Shown piece after piece: positions 11,346-21,713 of a stretch of 64,000 nt of DNA. The notes below the pieces were generated by a model. The model was not told where the DNA came from and did not search any database. It saw only the letters and a list, made by a program, of their open reading frames with translations. Each line of letters starts with the position of its first letter. Positions within the stretch are counted from its first letter, which is position 1. This stretch comes from an uncultured Desulfosarcina sp. (GTDB taxonomy: Bacteria > Desulfobacterota > Desulfobacteria > Desulfobacterales > Desulfosarcinaceae): the NCBI RefSeq assembly GCF_963668215.2, contig NZ_CAXXDI010000001.1:1418844-1482843 (forward strand). Direction: 5' to 3'. Position numbers and translations under genes: made by a program.

Positions 11346-12656
11346 TTACTCGGCTAAGGTGTTCAAATAAGTATAAAGATTCAATCGGTTGTTTGTCAGG
11401 CCCAATTTTTTACGAATGTTTCTGCGATGCCATTTCACCGAACTCGGAGCCAGTCTCAGCGATTCCGCAATCTCTTTGGTATTCTTGCCCTCACGGATCA
11501 AATCGGCAATGCGAATTTCGGCGGGAGTGAAATCGATGTATTTGGCAAAAACGTTTGTAGACTGATGGGAAACGACTTCGTTCAGGTTGGTGTCGATGAT
11601 GTTCGCATAGGCCCTTGCATCTGCGTCGATATTACATTTGTTCAATTCGTCGATATAAGGGAAAACAAACCGTTTCAAATTCACCAGAAGGTGCTCTTCC
11701 ACAGCCCGTTTTTCGACCTCGCGATGATCCAGGGCGGCTTTCAATGCCAGGTTGACTTTCTCAAGGTAGCGACGCTTTTCGTCCAGTTCTCTCTCTCGGA
11801 CCTCGAGGGCATCGATCATTTTCTTCCGGTCGGTGATATCCCGCACGATGGCCATTGCCTGAAGCGTATTGCCCACCTTGAAGCGGGTAAGGCTGACTTC
11901 GGTATCGAGGTAGGAACCATCCTTTCTGAGAAAACGCCATTCGTCAACAATGGGCGCACTGTTCAATGCAGTGGCAATTACTTTTTCGACGGCTTCTTTT
12001 GACAATTGGCCATCAGGTTGAACGGCCGGGGAAATCTCCAGGGGTGAAATTCCGACCATCTCCTTGCGGGTACGCTGGAAAAGATCCAGGGCTTTCTGGT
12101 TGCAAATCGAAATAGAACCGTTTTTCAGGAGAAGAATTGCGTCATTGGCGCATTCGAACAGGTGGCGATAATGGATTTCGCGGGTATCCAACGCCTGCTC
12201 GGCCGCCCGCAATGCGGTGAGATCCTGGAGGGTTTCGATCGCGCCAATGATCCTTCCCTTTTCATCCTTGATCGGTGCGGCGGTAAAAAAAAGCCACTTG
12301 CCGTTCTTCCCGAAGTTGGGGAAAAAATCTTCGCCTTCATACCCGCCCCGAATCAGGGAAGAGTGCCTGCATTTACCATCGTAGCGCGCTGCCAGTTCTG
12401 AGTCACTGGTGCCCTTGACGATGAGGTCGGCCAACACCTCGCGACGTTCGGGATAGAAGACTTCCCGATACCTGTCCGTACCGACCAAATCCTCCGGTCC
12501 GAAACCGGTCAACGATTGACAAGCCCGATTCCAGTGGGTCAGCTTGCATGTTGCGTCTACCACAAAGGTAGGAATGGGAGTCCCTTCCAGGATATGTTTC
12601 GAACGCAGGATCTCTTTTCCCTGAGCCGCTGGTTTATCCGGAGATACCGACATCAT
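11346..12656 (-). CDS. PAS-PAS LuxR-type HTH transcriptional regulator
   Basis: Two PAS/PAC domains, coiled coil, LuxR HTH FTPAEIRIADLIREGKNTKEIAESLRLAPSSVKWHRRNIRKKLG. Confidence 0.92.
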   Translation of the reverse strand: MMSVSPDKPAAQGKEILRSKHILEGTPIPTFVVDATCKLTHWNRACQSLTGFGPEDLVGTDRYREVFYPERREVLADLIVKGTSDSELAARYDGKCRHSSLIRGGYEGEDFFPNFGKNGKWLFFTAAPIKDEKGRIIGAIETLQDLTALRAAEQALDTREIHYRHLFECANDAILLLKNGSISICNQKALDLFQRTRKEMVGISPLEISPAVQPDGQLSKEAVEKVIATALNSAPIVDEWRFLRKDGSYLDTEVSLTRFKVGNTLQAMAIVRDITDRKKMIDALEVRERELDEKRRYLEKVNLALKAALDHREVEKRAVEEHLLVNLKRFVFPYIDELNKCNIDADARAYANIIDTNLNEVVSHQSTNVFAKYIDFTPAEIRIADLIREGKNTKEIAESLRLAPSSVKWHRRNIRKKLGLTNNRLNLYTYLNTLAE

Positions 12657-12788
12657 CGATGAATTCCTCTATGGTACTTGGTTTGATATCCCAGAAGACG
12701 ATTGTCCCCTTGCATTAAATTTGCTATTTTTAGCTTAACTGGTTTTTGTGGTCAACAGGGCCATAAAACCGAAAAGCGAGGTCTGGAC

Positions 12789-13448
12789 ATGCCCAATACT
12801 ATCAAATACAGGATCAAAGAACTGGAACGAAAGCATCGCCTGATTACCGAAAACCTGGTGGATGCCGTCTGGCTAATCAATCCCGAAAGCTTAAAGTTCG
12901 AGTACATCACCCCCTCCATTTCCAGGATCAGTGGATTCGGAGCCAACGAAACAATCGGCACCTCGATCCTGGAACGACTGACACCGGAATCCGCCCGACG
13001 CGCCGTCGCGATGATCGCCGAGATCAAAGCGGCGGGTCAGAATGCCATACAGGCCTCCCATTCGATGGAGCTGGAACTGAACAAAAAAAACGGCGACACC
13101 TGCTGGGCCGAAGTCAGGGTCAAACTAGTCGAAGAGCCTGATGGCCCGCCTAAACTCGTAGGCGTTACCCGCGATATTTCAAATCGAAAAAACGCCGAGC
13201 TGAAGCTGGAGAATCAGAATCAGGCCTTGGCCCGGGCGCTGGCGGAAAAAGAGGAATTATTGAAGGAAGTAAAGGTGCTGCGCAAGCTGTTGCCGATCTG
13301 CAGCGGATGCCGGCGAATCCGGGATGAAAACAACCAGTGGTGGCCTCTGGACGAATATGTCAGAGCCCATACCGATACGAATTTCACCCATACCATCTGC
13401 CCGTCCTGCAAAGATATTTATTACCCCGACCTTAAAAATCGGACCTGA
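12789..13448 (+). CDS. PAS-domain protein with C-terminal Cys-rich putative metal-binding tail
   Basis: Start M30 of the track ORF with GAGG upstream; PAS/PAC, coiled coil, then LLPICSGCRRIRD...FTHTICPSC. Confidence 0.85.
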   Translation: MPNTIKYRIKELERKHRLITENLVDAVWLINPESLKFEYITPSISRISGFGANETIGTSILERLTPESARRAVAMIAEIKAAGQNAIQASHSMELELNKKNGDTCWAEVRVKLVEEPDGPPKLVGVTRDISNRKNAELKLENQNQALARALAEKEELLKEVKVLRKLLPICSGCRRIRDENNQWWPLDEYVRAHTDTNFTHTICPSCKDIYYPDLKNRT

Positions 13449-13555
13449 CTCCCCCCCGGCACCGATCCTTCCGAAAACAGCCAGTACTCGACAATTGTCC
13501 CATTACCGTGTATGAGCAACGGGATAATCTATCTTGATGTTCAGGTGAGGAAAGC

Positions 13556-15385
13556 ATGAAACAGGCAGTCGCAAAAGAACTGATGATGGGCAATGAAGCC
13601 ATTGCCCGCGGATTGATCGAAAACGGGTGTGCCATGGCCACGGCCTATCCGGGCACCCCTTCTTCGGAAATTCTGGCGGCGGTGGCCAAAATCGCCCGTA
13701 GTTTAGACAGAAAGATGCACATCCAGTGGGCCGTGAACGAGAAAGTGGCTTTTGAAATCGCCTACGCCGGCTGCCAGGCCGGGCTGCGAACGGCGGTAAG
13801 CATGAAGCAGGTGGGCCTCAACGTGGCCTCGGATCCGCTGATGAGCGCGGCGTACATGGGCACGGCGGGCGGATTCGTGATCGTCAGCGCCGACGACCCC
13901 GGCCCCCACTCGTCCCAGACCGAGCAGGACAGCCGCATGATGGCCATGATGGCCAAGATCCCCGTGTTGGACCCGGACTCCCCCCGCCAGGCCAAGGAGA
14001 TGGTCGCCCTGGCCTATGGCCTCTCCGAAGCCTTTAAAACTCCGGTGATGCTGCGCCCCACCACGCGGGTGTGCCACTCCCGGCAGGATGTGCGCCCGGG
14101 TGAAATTCTTCCGCTGGAATCAAAAGCCGATTTCAAAAAAGATCCCCTGCGCTGGGCGGCCACCCCCAAATTCCGATTCCAGCTCCATCTGGAGTTGGAG
14201 GAAAAGCTGGCCCGCATGGCCAAACATCCGGACACCGCACCCCTGCTCCACAATCCCAAGGCCGATGCACGGCAGGCCGTGGTCGCCTCGGGGGTGGCCG
14301 CAGCCTACACGGCCGAAGCGCTCAAAGACCTCGGGCTGTGGGACCGGCTGCCGTTCTATCAGGTGTTGCAGCCTTTTCCCCTGCACACCCCTTTTATCGA
14401 GCACCTGCTGACCACCTACGACAAAATCCTGGTGTTGGAGGAAACCACCGGGATCATCGAGATGCAGCTGGCCGACCGTGGACGCGTCCAGGGAAAATTG
14501 AACCTCGTGGTCCCGCGGGTCGGCGAACTGCTGCCCGAAAAGGCCGAAGCGCTGCTGGCCGACTTTGCCGGCGTCCGCGTCGATATTCCCGAGCTGCCCC
14601 AGGTACCCGGACGGCGGCCGACCCTGTGCGCCGGATGTCCCCACCGGGCCAGTTTCTATGCGATCAAGAAAGCGTCCCCGCGGGGCATTTACACCAGCGA
14701 CATCGGCTGCTACACGCTGGGGTTGAACCTCAAGGCGGTGGACACGGTCCTGTGCATGGGCGCGGCTGTCAGCCAGGCGGCCGGTTTTTTCCATGCCTAT
14801 GAAGGGGCCGAAAAACGGCCCGACGTCGTGGCCACCATCGGCGACTCCACCTTTTTCCACGCCGGCGTGCCGGCCCTGATCGACGCCGTGGTCCAGAACG
14901 TCGGTTTCGTGCTGGTCATCCTGGACAACCGCACCACGGCCATGACCGGCAGCCAGCCCACACCGGCCACGGGAAAAAGCGCCACCGGAGAGGACCTGGC
15001 CAAGGTGAATCTGGAAGCCATCGTGCAGGGATGCGGGGTGGGATTTCTCGAAACCGGCGATCCCTACGACACCCAAACCTTCATCGCGATTCTCAAAAAA
15101 GCGGTGGCGTACAGCCGCGAGACGGGACCGGCCGTGGTCATCGCCCGCCATCCCTGCATTCTCGATCTGGTGCGCCAGGGCAAGGCCCCCGAGCCCATCC
15201 AAATCACGGTGACCGAGGATTGCGACGGCTGCGGATACTGCCACCAGCACTTCGAGTGTCCGGGACTGATCGCGGTGGACGACGGCGGTCGCACCCAGGT
15301 GGACCCGCTGGTGTGCATCGGCTGCGGGGTCTGCCTGAACGTCTGTCCCAAGGGAGCCATCGTCGAAAAGAAAGAAGAAAAATGA
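13556..15385 (+). CDS. iorA: Indolepyruvate:ferredoxin oxidoreductase alpha subunit
   Basis: LMMGNEAIARG, AYPGTPSSEI, NEKVAFE, MKQVGLNVASD, RPTLCAGCPHR, SDIGCYTL, TPP motif IGDSTFFH, two C-terminal 4Fe-4S motifs. Confidence 0.95.
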   Translation: MKQAVAKELMMGNEAIARGLIENGCAMATAYPGTPSSEILAAVAKIARSLDRKMHIQWAVNEKVAFEIAYAGCQAGLRTAVSMKQVGLNVASDPLMSAAYMGTAGGFVIVSADDPGPHSSQTEQDSRMMAMMAKIPVLDPDSPRQAKEMVALAYGLSEAFKTPVMLRPTTRVCHSRQDVRPGEILPLESKADFKKDPLRWAATPKFRFQLHLELEEKLARMAKHPDTAPLLHNPKADARQAVVASGVAAAYTAEALKDLGLWDRLPFYQVLQPFPLHTPFIEHLLTTYDKILVLEETTGIIEMQLADRGRVQGKLNLVVPRVGELLPEKAEALLADFAGVRVDIPELPQVPGRRPTLCAGCPHRASFYAIKKASPRGIYTSDIGCYTLGLNLKAVDTVLCMGAAVSQAAGFFHAYEGAEKRPDVVATIGDSTFFHAGVPALIDAVVQNVGFVLVILDNRTTAMTGSQPTPATGKSATGEDLAKVNLEAIVQGCGVGFLETGDPYDTQTFIAILKKAVAYSRETGPAVVIARHPCILDLVRQGKAPEPIQITVTEDCDGCGYCHQHFECPGLIAVDDGGRTQVDPLVCIGCGVCLNVCPKGAIVEKKEEK

Positions 15386-15957
15386 AAGACAAACCCCGAA
15401 ACCAAATCGTCATCAGCGGCGTGGGCGGCCAGGGGGTGCTGTTCATCACCCGGCTGTTGGCCGAAGCAGCCATTGCCAAGGGGCTGCCGGTGTTTACATC
15501 CGAAACCCACGGCATGGCCCAGCGCGGCGGCACGGTGATCTCCCACCTCAAGGTTGGGGAATTCAGCAGCCCGCTGATCAATCCCGGCCAGGCCGACGGT
15601 CTGATCGCCCTGAAAGCCGAAAACCTTTCGCAACACGGAGGCTACCTCAAAAAAGACGGCTGGGCGACTGTTAACAGCCCCGCACCCGTGGAGGCTGCGG
15701 CAACCGGAGGGCTCTTTTTTATCGATGCGGACCGGTTGGCCCGGCAGATGGACGACACCAAAACCCTGAACCTGCTGATGCTGGGGTTCACGCTGCACCA
15801 GATATCCGAGGTAGACGATAGCAGCGGCGGGCTGCACTGCGATTTGGATGATATTGCTGCCGTCCTGAAAAAACGGCTAAAAGGAAAAACACAACTGCTA
15901 CAGAACGCTATCCGGGCCCTCGAAGCGGGCGCATCGGCCGTCACTGGAAGAGCATAG
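15382..15957 (+). CDS. iorB: Indolepyruvate:ferredoxin oxidoreductase beta subunit
   Basis: ATGA overlap with the iorA stop; GVGGQGV and SETHGMAQRGG motifs. Confidence 0.93.
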   Translation: MKDKPRNQIVISGVGGQGVLFITRLLAEAAIAKGLPVFTSETHGMAQRGGTVISHLKVGEFSSPLINPGQADGLIALKAENLSQHGGYLKKDGWATVNSPAPVEAAATGGLFFIDADRLARQMDDTKTLNLLMLGFTLHQISEVDDSSGGLHCDLDDIAAVLKKRLKGKTQLLQNAIRALEAGASAVTGRA

Positions 15958-16006
15958 ATTCTTTATGGGTCTGCGATTCAGCCGCCAGCCGATGGATAAA
16001 AACGAA

Positions 16007-16558
16007 TTATAAGGCGCAGGCCTTCATAATCTTCGAAACCTTTTTGTACACATCGGAAAACCGCAGCAGGCCGATAATTTCATTGTCCTCGACAACGAAC
16101 AGCGAGTCGTGGCGGTTCATAACAAAAAGGTGGAAGCATTTGGCCAGAGCATCTTCGGTTCCGACAATCTGGCCTTCACCCGGTGCCTTGATGAAGTTTC
16201 GTATTTTAACCTCTATGGCCTTGCGACAAAGATCGTTGAACGGGTCTTCCCACAGCCGGTAGTCTTTCTGCATGGCCGTCCAGATATAGGTAAGCCCGGA
16301 CCGCCGGATAATTTCACCCATGTTGATCTGCTCGTAATGTTTTTCAAGCCCCCGCATCAGATCGATGGGTGATATTTTGGAGACAATCTTTCCGTGCTCA
16401 TCTTCGACAAGCAGAATTCTCTGCTCGACTTTCCCGGCCAGATATCTTTCCTGTGCCTTTTCCAGGGCGACAAGCGCATCGAAAAAGGTTGTTTCGTCGG
16501 ATATTTTTGGGAATCGATCCTTCGTGACCATGAGGTCCAGAACTTTCATTTTTTCCAT
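16007..16558 (-). CDS. CBS-domain protein
   Basis: Start MEKMKVLDLM; CBS-like segments including HDSLFVVEDNEIIGLLRFSDVY. Confidence 0.75.
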   Translation of the reverse strand: MEKMKVLDLMVTKDRFPKISDETTFFDALVALEKAQERYLAGKVEQRILLVEDEHGKIVSKISPIDLMRGLEKHYEQINMGEIIRRSGLTYIWTAMQKDYRLWEDPFNDLCRKAIEVKIRNFIKAPGEGQIVGTEDALAKCFHLFVMNRHDSLFVVEDNEIIGLLRFSDVYKKVSKIMKACAL

Positions 16559-16943
16559 GTTGCTGTCACTCCTTGTGTTTGGGTGGGTGTTTGAGGTGGG
16601 GTCTCTCATATACTTTTGTTGCTGGTACTGTTAAATAGTATTCTGTTATTATAAGAATATCGAAGCGATGGCGTTTTTGTCCAGTGTGAATTCCAAAACA
16701 CCGGAATTGATCGAAGCGTGATTAGCTGAAACCATTTGAAAGTCTGCAATCCCCGGTTGCCGGCCACGGATTAAAATTGAATTAAATGGATAGTGTTGCG
16801 CCTGGCGCCTGCCGGAATGATGTATAGATGAGATTCTCAACTTTTTTCGGAACCGTCAAAACTGGGTTGATCCTTGGCCGGGAATCTATTACACCTGTCC
16901 CGGTCTGAACATTGATGTTGACTTTAAGCGATTGGGAGCGCCT

Positions 16944-17405
16944 ATGTTTACCGCCCAGGATATCCTTGATATTGCCATCCGGCTGGAAAGCAACGGTGAG
17001 AAAACCTACCGGGATGCCCGCGGGCATACGGAAAACGAGGATCTGAAATCGCTGCTGGAATGGATCGCCCGGGAGGAGCGAAATCATGGCCGCTGGTTCA
17101 CCGAATTGAAGGATCGACTTTCCAAAGGCGAGGACGACCACCTGCTGGCAGAAATGAGCAAAGCCCTGGCCGAAGACGTGGTCCGGGAGCAGGCCTTTTC
17201 CCTGCAGGAGGTGAATTTCGAGGCCATCGCCGGCCCCGACGAAATGATTCGCACCTTCATCGGCTTCGAAGAGGACACCATCGCCTTTTACAACATCCTC
17301 AAGACCTTCGTTGACGACCCGACCATCGCCGCGAATCTGGATCAGATTGTCGCCGAGGAGAAAAAGCACGTCGCCCAGTTCAAGGCGCTGCTCTCTTCTC
17401 CCTGA
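16944..17405 (+). CDS. Ferritin-like/rubrerythrin-family protein
   Basis: AIRLESNGEKTY, EERNH, FEEDTIAFY and EEKKH (paired ExxH diiron motifs); GGAG RBS. Confidence 0.88.
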   Translation: MFTAQDILDIAIRLESNGEKTYRDARGHTENEDLKSLLEWIAREERNHGRWFTELKDRLSKGEDDHLLAEMSKALAEDVVREQAFSLQEVNFEAIAGPDEMIRTFIGFEEDTIAFYNILKTFVDDPTIAANLDQIVAEEKKHVAQFKALLSSP

Positions 17406-17456
17406 GTTGCGCTCAATTTTGGTTTATGCGTCACTTACGGAGGAATATCGATATTC

Positions 17457-18635
17457 ATGGGTAGACAGTCGCAAACGCAACCCGAATTGCTGCTGCTGGT
17501 GGCCGGAGCAAAAGGTGCCATCGGCAGCACCCTGGCCGCCTCCATCGCGGCCATGCAGAACGACCCTCAACTGATACTGCAAGGGCTCACCACCGCCGGC
17601 AGGTTTGCCTTTATGGGCGATGTTCCCTCGGTGGTCATGGCCGGATGGGATCGTTCCGACGAGACCATCTCCGATGCCATCTGCCGCCATGGCGTGCTGC
17701 CCGAGGGTATTTGGCGGCCCCACGTGGACCGTCTGGCCGAGATGACCGTTTTCACCGCCCCGGCCGCCAAAGGCGCTATCGGCGACCAGTCAAAACGGAT
17801 TGGCGACGATATCGCCCGCTGCCGCGACCGTTTCCCGGAAAGCCGGCCGGTACTGATCAACCTGCTGCCGGCGGCCTGCGATGTGGCCAATCCAGACCGC
17901 TACCCGGACCCGAAGGCCCTCATGGCCGAAGACGCAGGCACCGTCCTTCCGGACCTGGCCTATGTCGCTGCCGCCATCGACGCCGGCATCCCCGTGGTCA
18001 ACTTCACCCCCAACTCCGTGGAACTGCCGGTCATCTGCGATCTTGCCAGCCAGAAAAACGTTCCCATCGCCGGGCGCGACGGCAAGACCGGCCAGACCTA
18101 TTTCAAGGTGGTGCTGGCCTCGGCCCTCAAGGCGCGCGGACTTTATGTAGACGGCTGGTACAGCCTCAACATCCTGGGCAATGCCGATGGGCTCAACCTG
18201 ATGGACCCGGACAACGCCTGCGGCAAGCTGAACAACAAGACCCGTCTTCTGGACGACATTCTCGGCTACCCGGTGGGCGAACGTCACGGACGGTCGACCC
18301 ACAAGGTGCACATCGACTACTACCCGCCCCGCGGCGATGCCAAGGAGGCCTGGGACGTCATCGACATCACCGGCATCTTCGGCCTGCCCATGAGCCTGCG
18401 CCTCAACCTCCAGGGCCGCGATTCCATCCTGGCCGCCCCCATGGCCCTGGATCTGGCCCGTTGGGCGGCAGCCCTGCAAACGGCCGGCATCGGCGGCCCG
18501 GTTGCCGACCTGGGCTTTTACTTCAAAAAGCCGGTGGGGGACAACGCCCCGTTGACCTTCGAAGCGCAGTTGACGGCCCTGAAAAATCTGGAGACCCGTA
18601 TCGAAACGCGCGTCAACGAAGCCGGCAAAAATTAA
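17457..18635 (+). CDS. ino1: myo-Inositol-1-phosphate synthase family protein
   Basis: NFTPN, GRDGKTGQT, SLNILGNADG, K...HIDYYPPRGDAKEAWD and RDSILAAP motifs. Confidence 0.9.
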   Translation: MGRQSQTQPELLLLVAGAKGAIGSTLAASIAAMQNDPQLILQGLTTAGRFAFMGDVPSVVMAGWDRSDETISDAICRHGVLPEGIWRPHVDRLAEMTVFTAPAAKGAIGDQSKRIGDDIARCRDRFPESRPVLINLLPAACDVANPDRYPDPKALMAEDAGTVLPDLAYVAAAIDAGIPVVNFTPNSVELPVICDLASQKNVPIAGRDGKTGQTYFKVVLASALKARGLYVDGWYSLNILGNADGLNLMDPDNACGKLNNKTRLLDDILGYPVGERHGRSTHKVHIDYYPPRGDAKEAWDVIDITGIFGLPMSLRLNLQGRDSILAAPMALDLARWAAALQTAGIGGPVADLGFYFKKPVGDNAPLTFEAQLTALKNLETRIETRVNEAGKN

Positions 18636-18674
18636 CCGTTTTTCGTTTCGCTACAAGTCTTTGAATTACGAGGC

Positions 18675-18768
18675 GTATAGAGATTGTTTTTGGCAAGGCC
18701 AGAGGGAGGAAGCTGTATGCGGTTATACCGCGACGACCGATAACGCCGTCCAAAAATAATCTCTTTAC
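18675..18768. repeat. Intergenic palindromic MITE/REP-like element (copy 1)
   Basis: GTATAGAGATTGTTTTTGG ... CCAAAAATAATCTCTTTAC inverted ends; internal CAAGGC, GTAT-N6-ATAC, TAACGC. Confidence 0.65.
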
Positions 18769-18790
18769 GTTGAATCGAAAGGAAGATCCT

Positions 18791-19636
18791 ATGGTTTTCG
18801 GCTACAGCACCAACGCCTTCGTTAAATTCTCGCTGCTGGATTCATTCGACCGCATCGCCCGGCTGGGTTTTAAAGGCGTCGAGATCATGTGCGACCAGCC
18901 CCATCTTTATCCCCCCGAGTATGACGAAGAGAAATTGAAAACGGTAAAAACCAGTCTTGAGAAGAACGGGTTGAAACCGACCAACCTGAACAGCTTCACC
19001 CTATTTGCCGTGGGCGACACCTATCTTCCCTCCTGGATCGAACCGGAGGAAGACCGCCGGAAAATCCGCGTGGACCACACCCTGGCCTGCCTGGATATCG
19101 CCGCCGTTATTGGATGCGGCAACATATCGATTCCGCCGGGCGGCCCCCTGCCCGCCGGCATGACCCGCCAGGAAGCCCTGCGCCTGTTTCACCAGGGCAT
19201 GGATCAGGTCATTCCCAGGGCCGAGGAACTGGGCGTCCGTCTGCTTGTCGAGCCCGAGCCGGACCTGCTCATGGAGCGCACCTCGGAAATCAAACCCTTC
19301 GTGGCCGACATCCAGTCAGCCATCGTCGGCGTCAATTTCGACATCGGCCATTTTTTCTGCGCCGGCGAAGATCCGGCGGCAGCCTTCGAAGAACTCTTCC
19401 CCTGGGTGGGCCACATACACATCGAGGACATCGCCCCCACCCGTGAGCACAATCACCTTATCGCCGGCTTGGGCGCCATCGATTTTCCATCGGTTTTCGC
19501 CGCCATGAAACGTCTGGAGTACAGCCATGACATGAGTCTGGAGCTTTACCCCTACACCGACCGTCCCGAGGAAGCCGGCCGGGAAAGCCTGGCGCACCTT
19601 CTGCCCATGATGCAGGCGGCGGGATTGACATCCTAG
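18791..19636 (+). CDS. Sugar-phosphate isomerase/epimerase (AP-endonuclease-2 TIM barrel)
   Basis: GFKGVEI, LLVEPEP, VNFDIGH, HIHIED, SLELY metal-ligand motifs. Confidence 0.9.
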   Translation: MVFGYSTNAFVKFSLLDSFDRIARLGFKGVEIMCDQPHLYPPEYDEEKLKTVKTSLEKNGLKPTNLNSFTLFAVGDTYLPSWIEPEEDRRKIRVDHTLACLDIAAVIGCGNISIPPGGPLPAGMTRQEALRLFHQGMDQVIPRAEELGVRLLVEPEPDLLMERTSEIKPFVADIQSAIVGVNFDIGHFFCAGEDPAAAFEELFPWVGHIHIEDIAPTREHNHLIAGLGAIDFPSVFAAMKRLEYSHDMSLELYPYTDRPEEAGRESLAHLLPMMQAAGLTS

Positions 19637-19640
19637 CCGG

Positions 19641-21656
19641 TCAGCCAAGCACCTCCCGCAACCGTTTGGACAACTCGACAATCGTAAAGGGCTTTTGAAT
19701 AAAGGCACGACAGCCCCGGGCCATAATTTCCTCGGCCTGGCCATCAATGCTGTAGCCGCTGGCCAGCAACACCGCGACATGGGGGTTAATAGCCTTCAAT
19801 CGATCAAAGACCTCGTCGCCGCCCATCTGCGGCATGATGATATCCAGAATCACCAGGTCGATCCGATCCGCGTTTTGGGCATAAATGTCCAGGGCGGATT
19901 CTCCCGAACTGGCAGTGAGGACTGTATAACCGATCTTGTTGAGCAGTTTTTCGCCCACTTCCAGCACCATGGATTCGTCGTCAACCAGCAGCACGGTTCC
20001 ATGCCCCGAGACCGGCAGTTCGTATCGTCTGGATTCTTCGCGGGCGCTTTTCCGCGAAACGGGAAGATAAAAGAAAAATGTGCTTCCGCGGCCCGGTTCG
20101 CTGTCAACATCGATGGCGCCGTGATGGTTCTTGACGATGCCGAAGGCGGATGCCAATCCGAGCCCGCTGCCCTGGCCGACTTTTTTGGTTGTGAAAAAAG
20201 GATCGAAAATCTTTTTGCGGACCTCCGGGTCGATTCCCGTGCCCGTATCCGTTACGGCAACCCGGACGTACCTGCCCGGCTGGATGCCATAAGCGGCGGC
20301 AACGTCCTCTGCAAGGTGAACGTTGTGTGCGCCGATAGTCAAACGCCCACCCTTGGGCATCGCATGCGATGCGTTGATGCATAGGTTGAGCAGCACCTGA
20401 TCGATTTGCCCGCGATCTACTTCAACGGACCACAAGCCCTTTTCCACGGCCAGTTCGATCTGAATCTCCTTTTTTGTGCGCCCGAACATTTCGGCGCTGT
20501 TGACGATCAGATCCTTCAGGTCGGTCGGTTTGGCTTCGTATTTACCGCCCCTGGCCAGCCCCAGCAGCTGACGGGTCAGACCGACGCCCCGCTGGACGTA
20601 GGTTTCGATGTTTTTCAGATGTTTGTGGTCCTTCGCACCCGGATCGTTTTCCATCAGAGCCAGGGAGGCATTGCCCTGGATGCCCATGAGGAGGTTGTTG
20701 AAATCGTGGGCGATGCCACCTGCCAGGGTTCCCAGGGATTCCAGTTTCTGGGTCTGTTGAAGCGTGGCTTCCAGCTGCTTTTTCGCCTCCTCGGCCTCCC
20801 GCAGGGCCGTCACATCATGGACCACGGCCATGGCCCGTTTGGGAAGGTCGCCTTCGAAAAAGAATCGAGCATGGACCAGGACACGGATGATTCGACCGTC
20901 CTTGCATTGGAACGAAAATTCGGCGGGAGCTGGGCGGCGGTCACCTGCCAATACTTCCTCGATCATTCGGTCAAAGGCGCTTTTATTCTCATCGGTCAAA
21001 AGGATGTTGGGATCGAGGGACAAAAATTCCTCTTCGCTGTAGCCGGTATACTTGCACATGACTTCGTTAACGCTGGTAAAACCCCGCGTTTCGATGTCGA
21101 ACTCGCAGATGCCGGCGGGCGCATGATGAACCAGTTCCCTGTTCTTGGCTTCGCTTTCCCGCAAGGCGTTTTCAGCCCGTTTGCGTTCGGTCAGGTCATG
21201 GGTGAGGCCGTAAAAACCGAGCACCGTACCATCCTCTTCCACATAAGGAACATAATTGGCCTCCAGCCAGATGGTCCCTTGGCCCTTTTCGGGCAGCATC
21301 ACCTCGAAACGGACATGGTTTCCAGCCAGTACTTCTCCAACCTGTTTTTCTATTTTGCCGTAATGGTCCTCTCCCAGGACGTCACGCATATGACGGCCGA
21401 CAATGGCGTCTCGGCCAAGACCCAAAACACGCTCGTACTCGCGGTTTACGAACTGAAACCGCCGGTCGGCATCGACGTAGGAAATACGGGCCGGCAGGTT
21501 GTCGGTCAAAAGGCGCAACCGCCGTTCATTTTCTCGCAGGGCGGACAGCTGGGCCTGGAGCTGGGGGTAGTAGCTTTTGCGGGTGGATTGCAGGCTCAGC
21601 CCCAAAAATTTTTCACGGGCATGATTGGCTTTGGCGGATGGGTCAGATTTCGACAT
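19641..21656 (-). CDS. ErcS/NahK-like cytoplasmic PAS hybrid histidine kinase
   Basis: N-terminal LGLSLQSTRKSYYPQL motif resembling ErcS-family kinases, two PAS domains, GGIAHDFNNLL, C-terminal receiver. Confidence 0.88.
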   Translation of the reverse strand: MSKSDPSAKANHAREKFLGLSLQSTRKSYYPQLQAQLSALRENERRLRLLTDNLPARISYVDADRRFQFVNREYERVLGLGRDAIVGRHMRDVLGEDHYGKIEKQVGEVLAGNHVRFEVMLPEKGQGTIWLEANYVPYVEEDGTVLGFYGLTHDLTERKRAENALRESEAKNRELVHHAPAGICEFDIETRGFTSVNEVMCKYTGYSEEEFLSLDPNILLTDENKSAFDRMIEEVLAGDRRPAPAEFSFQCKDGRIIRVLVHARFFFEGDLPKRAMAVVHDVTALREAEEAKKQLEATLQQTQKLESLGTLAGGIAHDFNNLLMGIQGNASLALMENDPGAKDHKHLKNIETYVQRGVGLTRQLLGLARGGKYEAKPTDLKDLIVNSAEMFGRTKKEIQIELAVEKGLWSVEVDRGQIDQVLLNLCINASHAMPKGGRLTIGAHNVHLAEDVAAAYGIQPGRYVRVAVTDTGTGIDPEVRKKIFDPFFTTKKVGQGSGLGLASAFGIVKNHHGAIDVDSEPGRGSTFFFYLPVSRKSAREESRRYELPVSGHGTVLLVDDESMVLEVGEKLLNKIGYTVLTASSGESALDIYAQNADRIDLVILDIIMPQMGGDEVFDRLKAINPHVAVLLASGYSIDGQAEEIMARGCRAFIQKPFTIVELSKRLREVLG

Positions 21657-21713
21657 GATGGCTTGATCCGACTGCTGAAAATTTCGGTTTTGTTTTGAGG
21701 GCTCCGTTTGGGC

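Noticed and set aside
11128-11346. c-di-GMP riboswitch upstream of the MCP genes
   Set aside because: No GEMM-type GGAAA...GCAAA/GACGCAAAG pattern was found on the coding strand here or upstream of the MCP at 5308.
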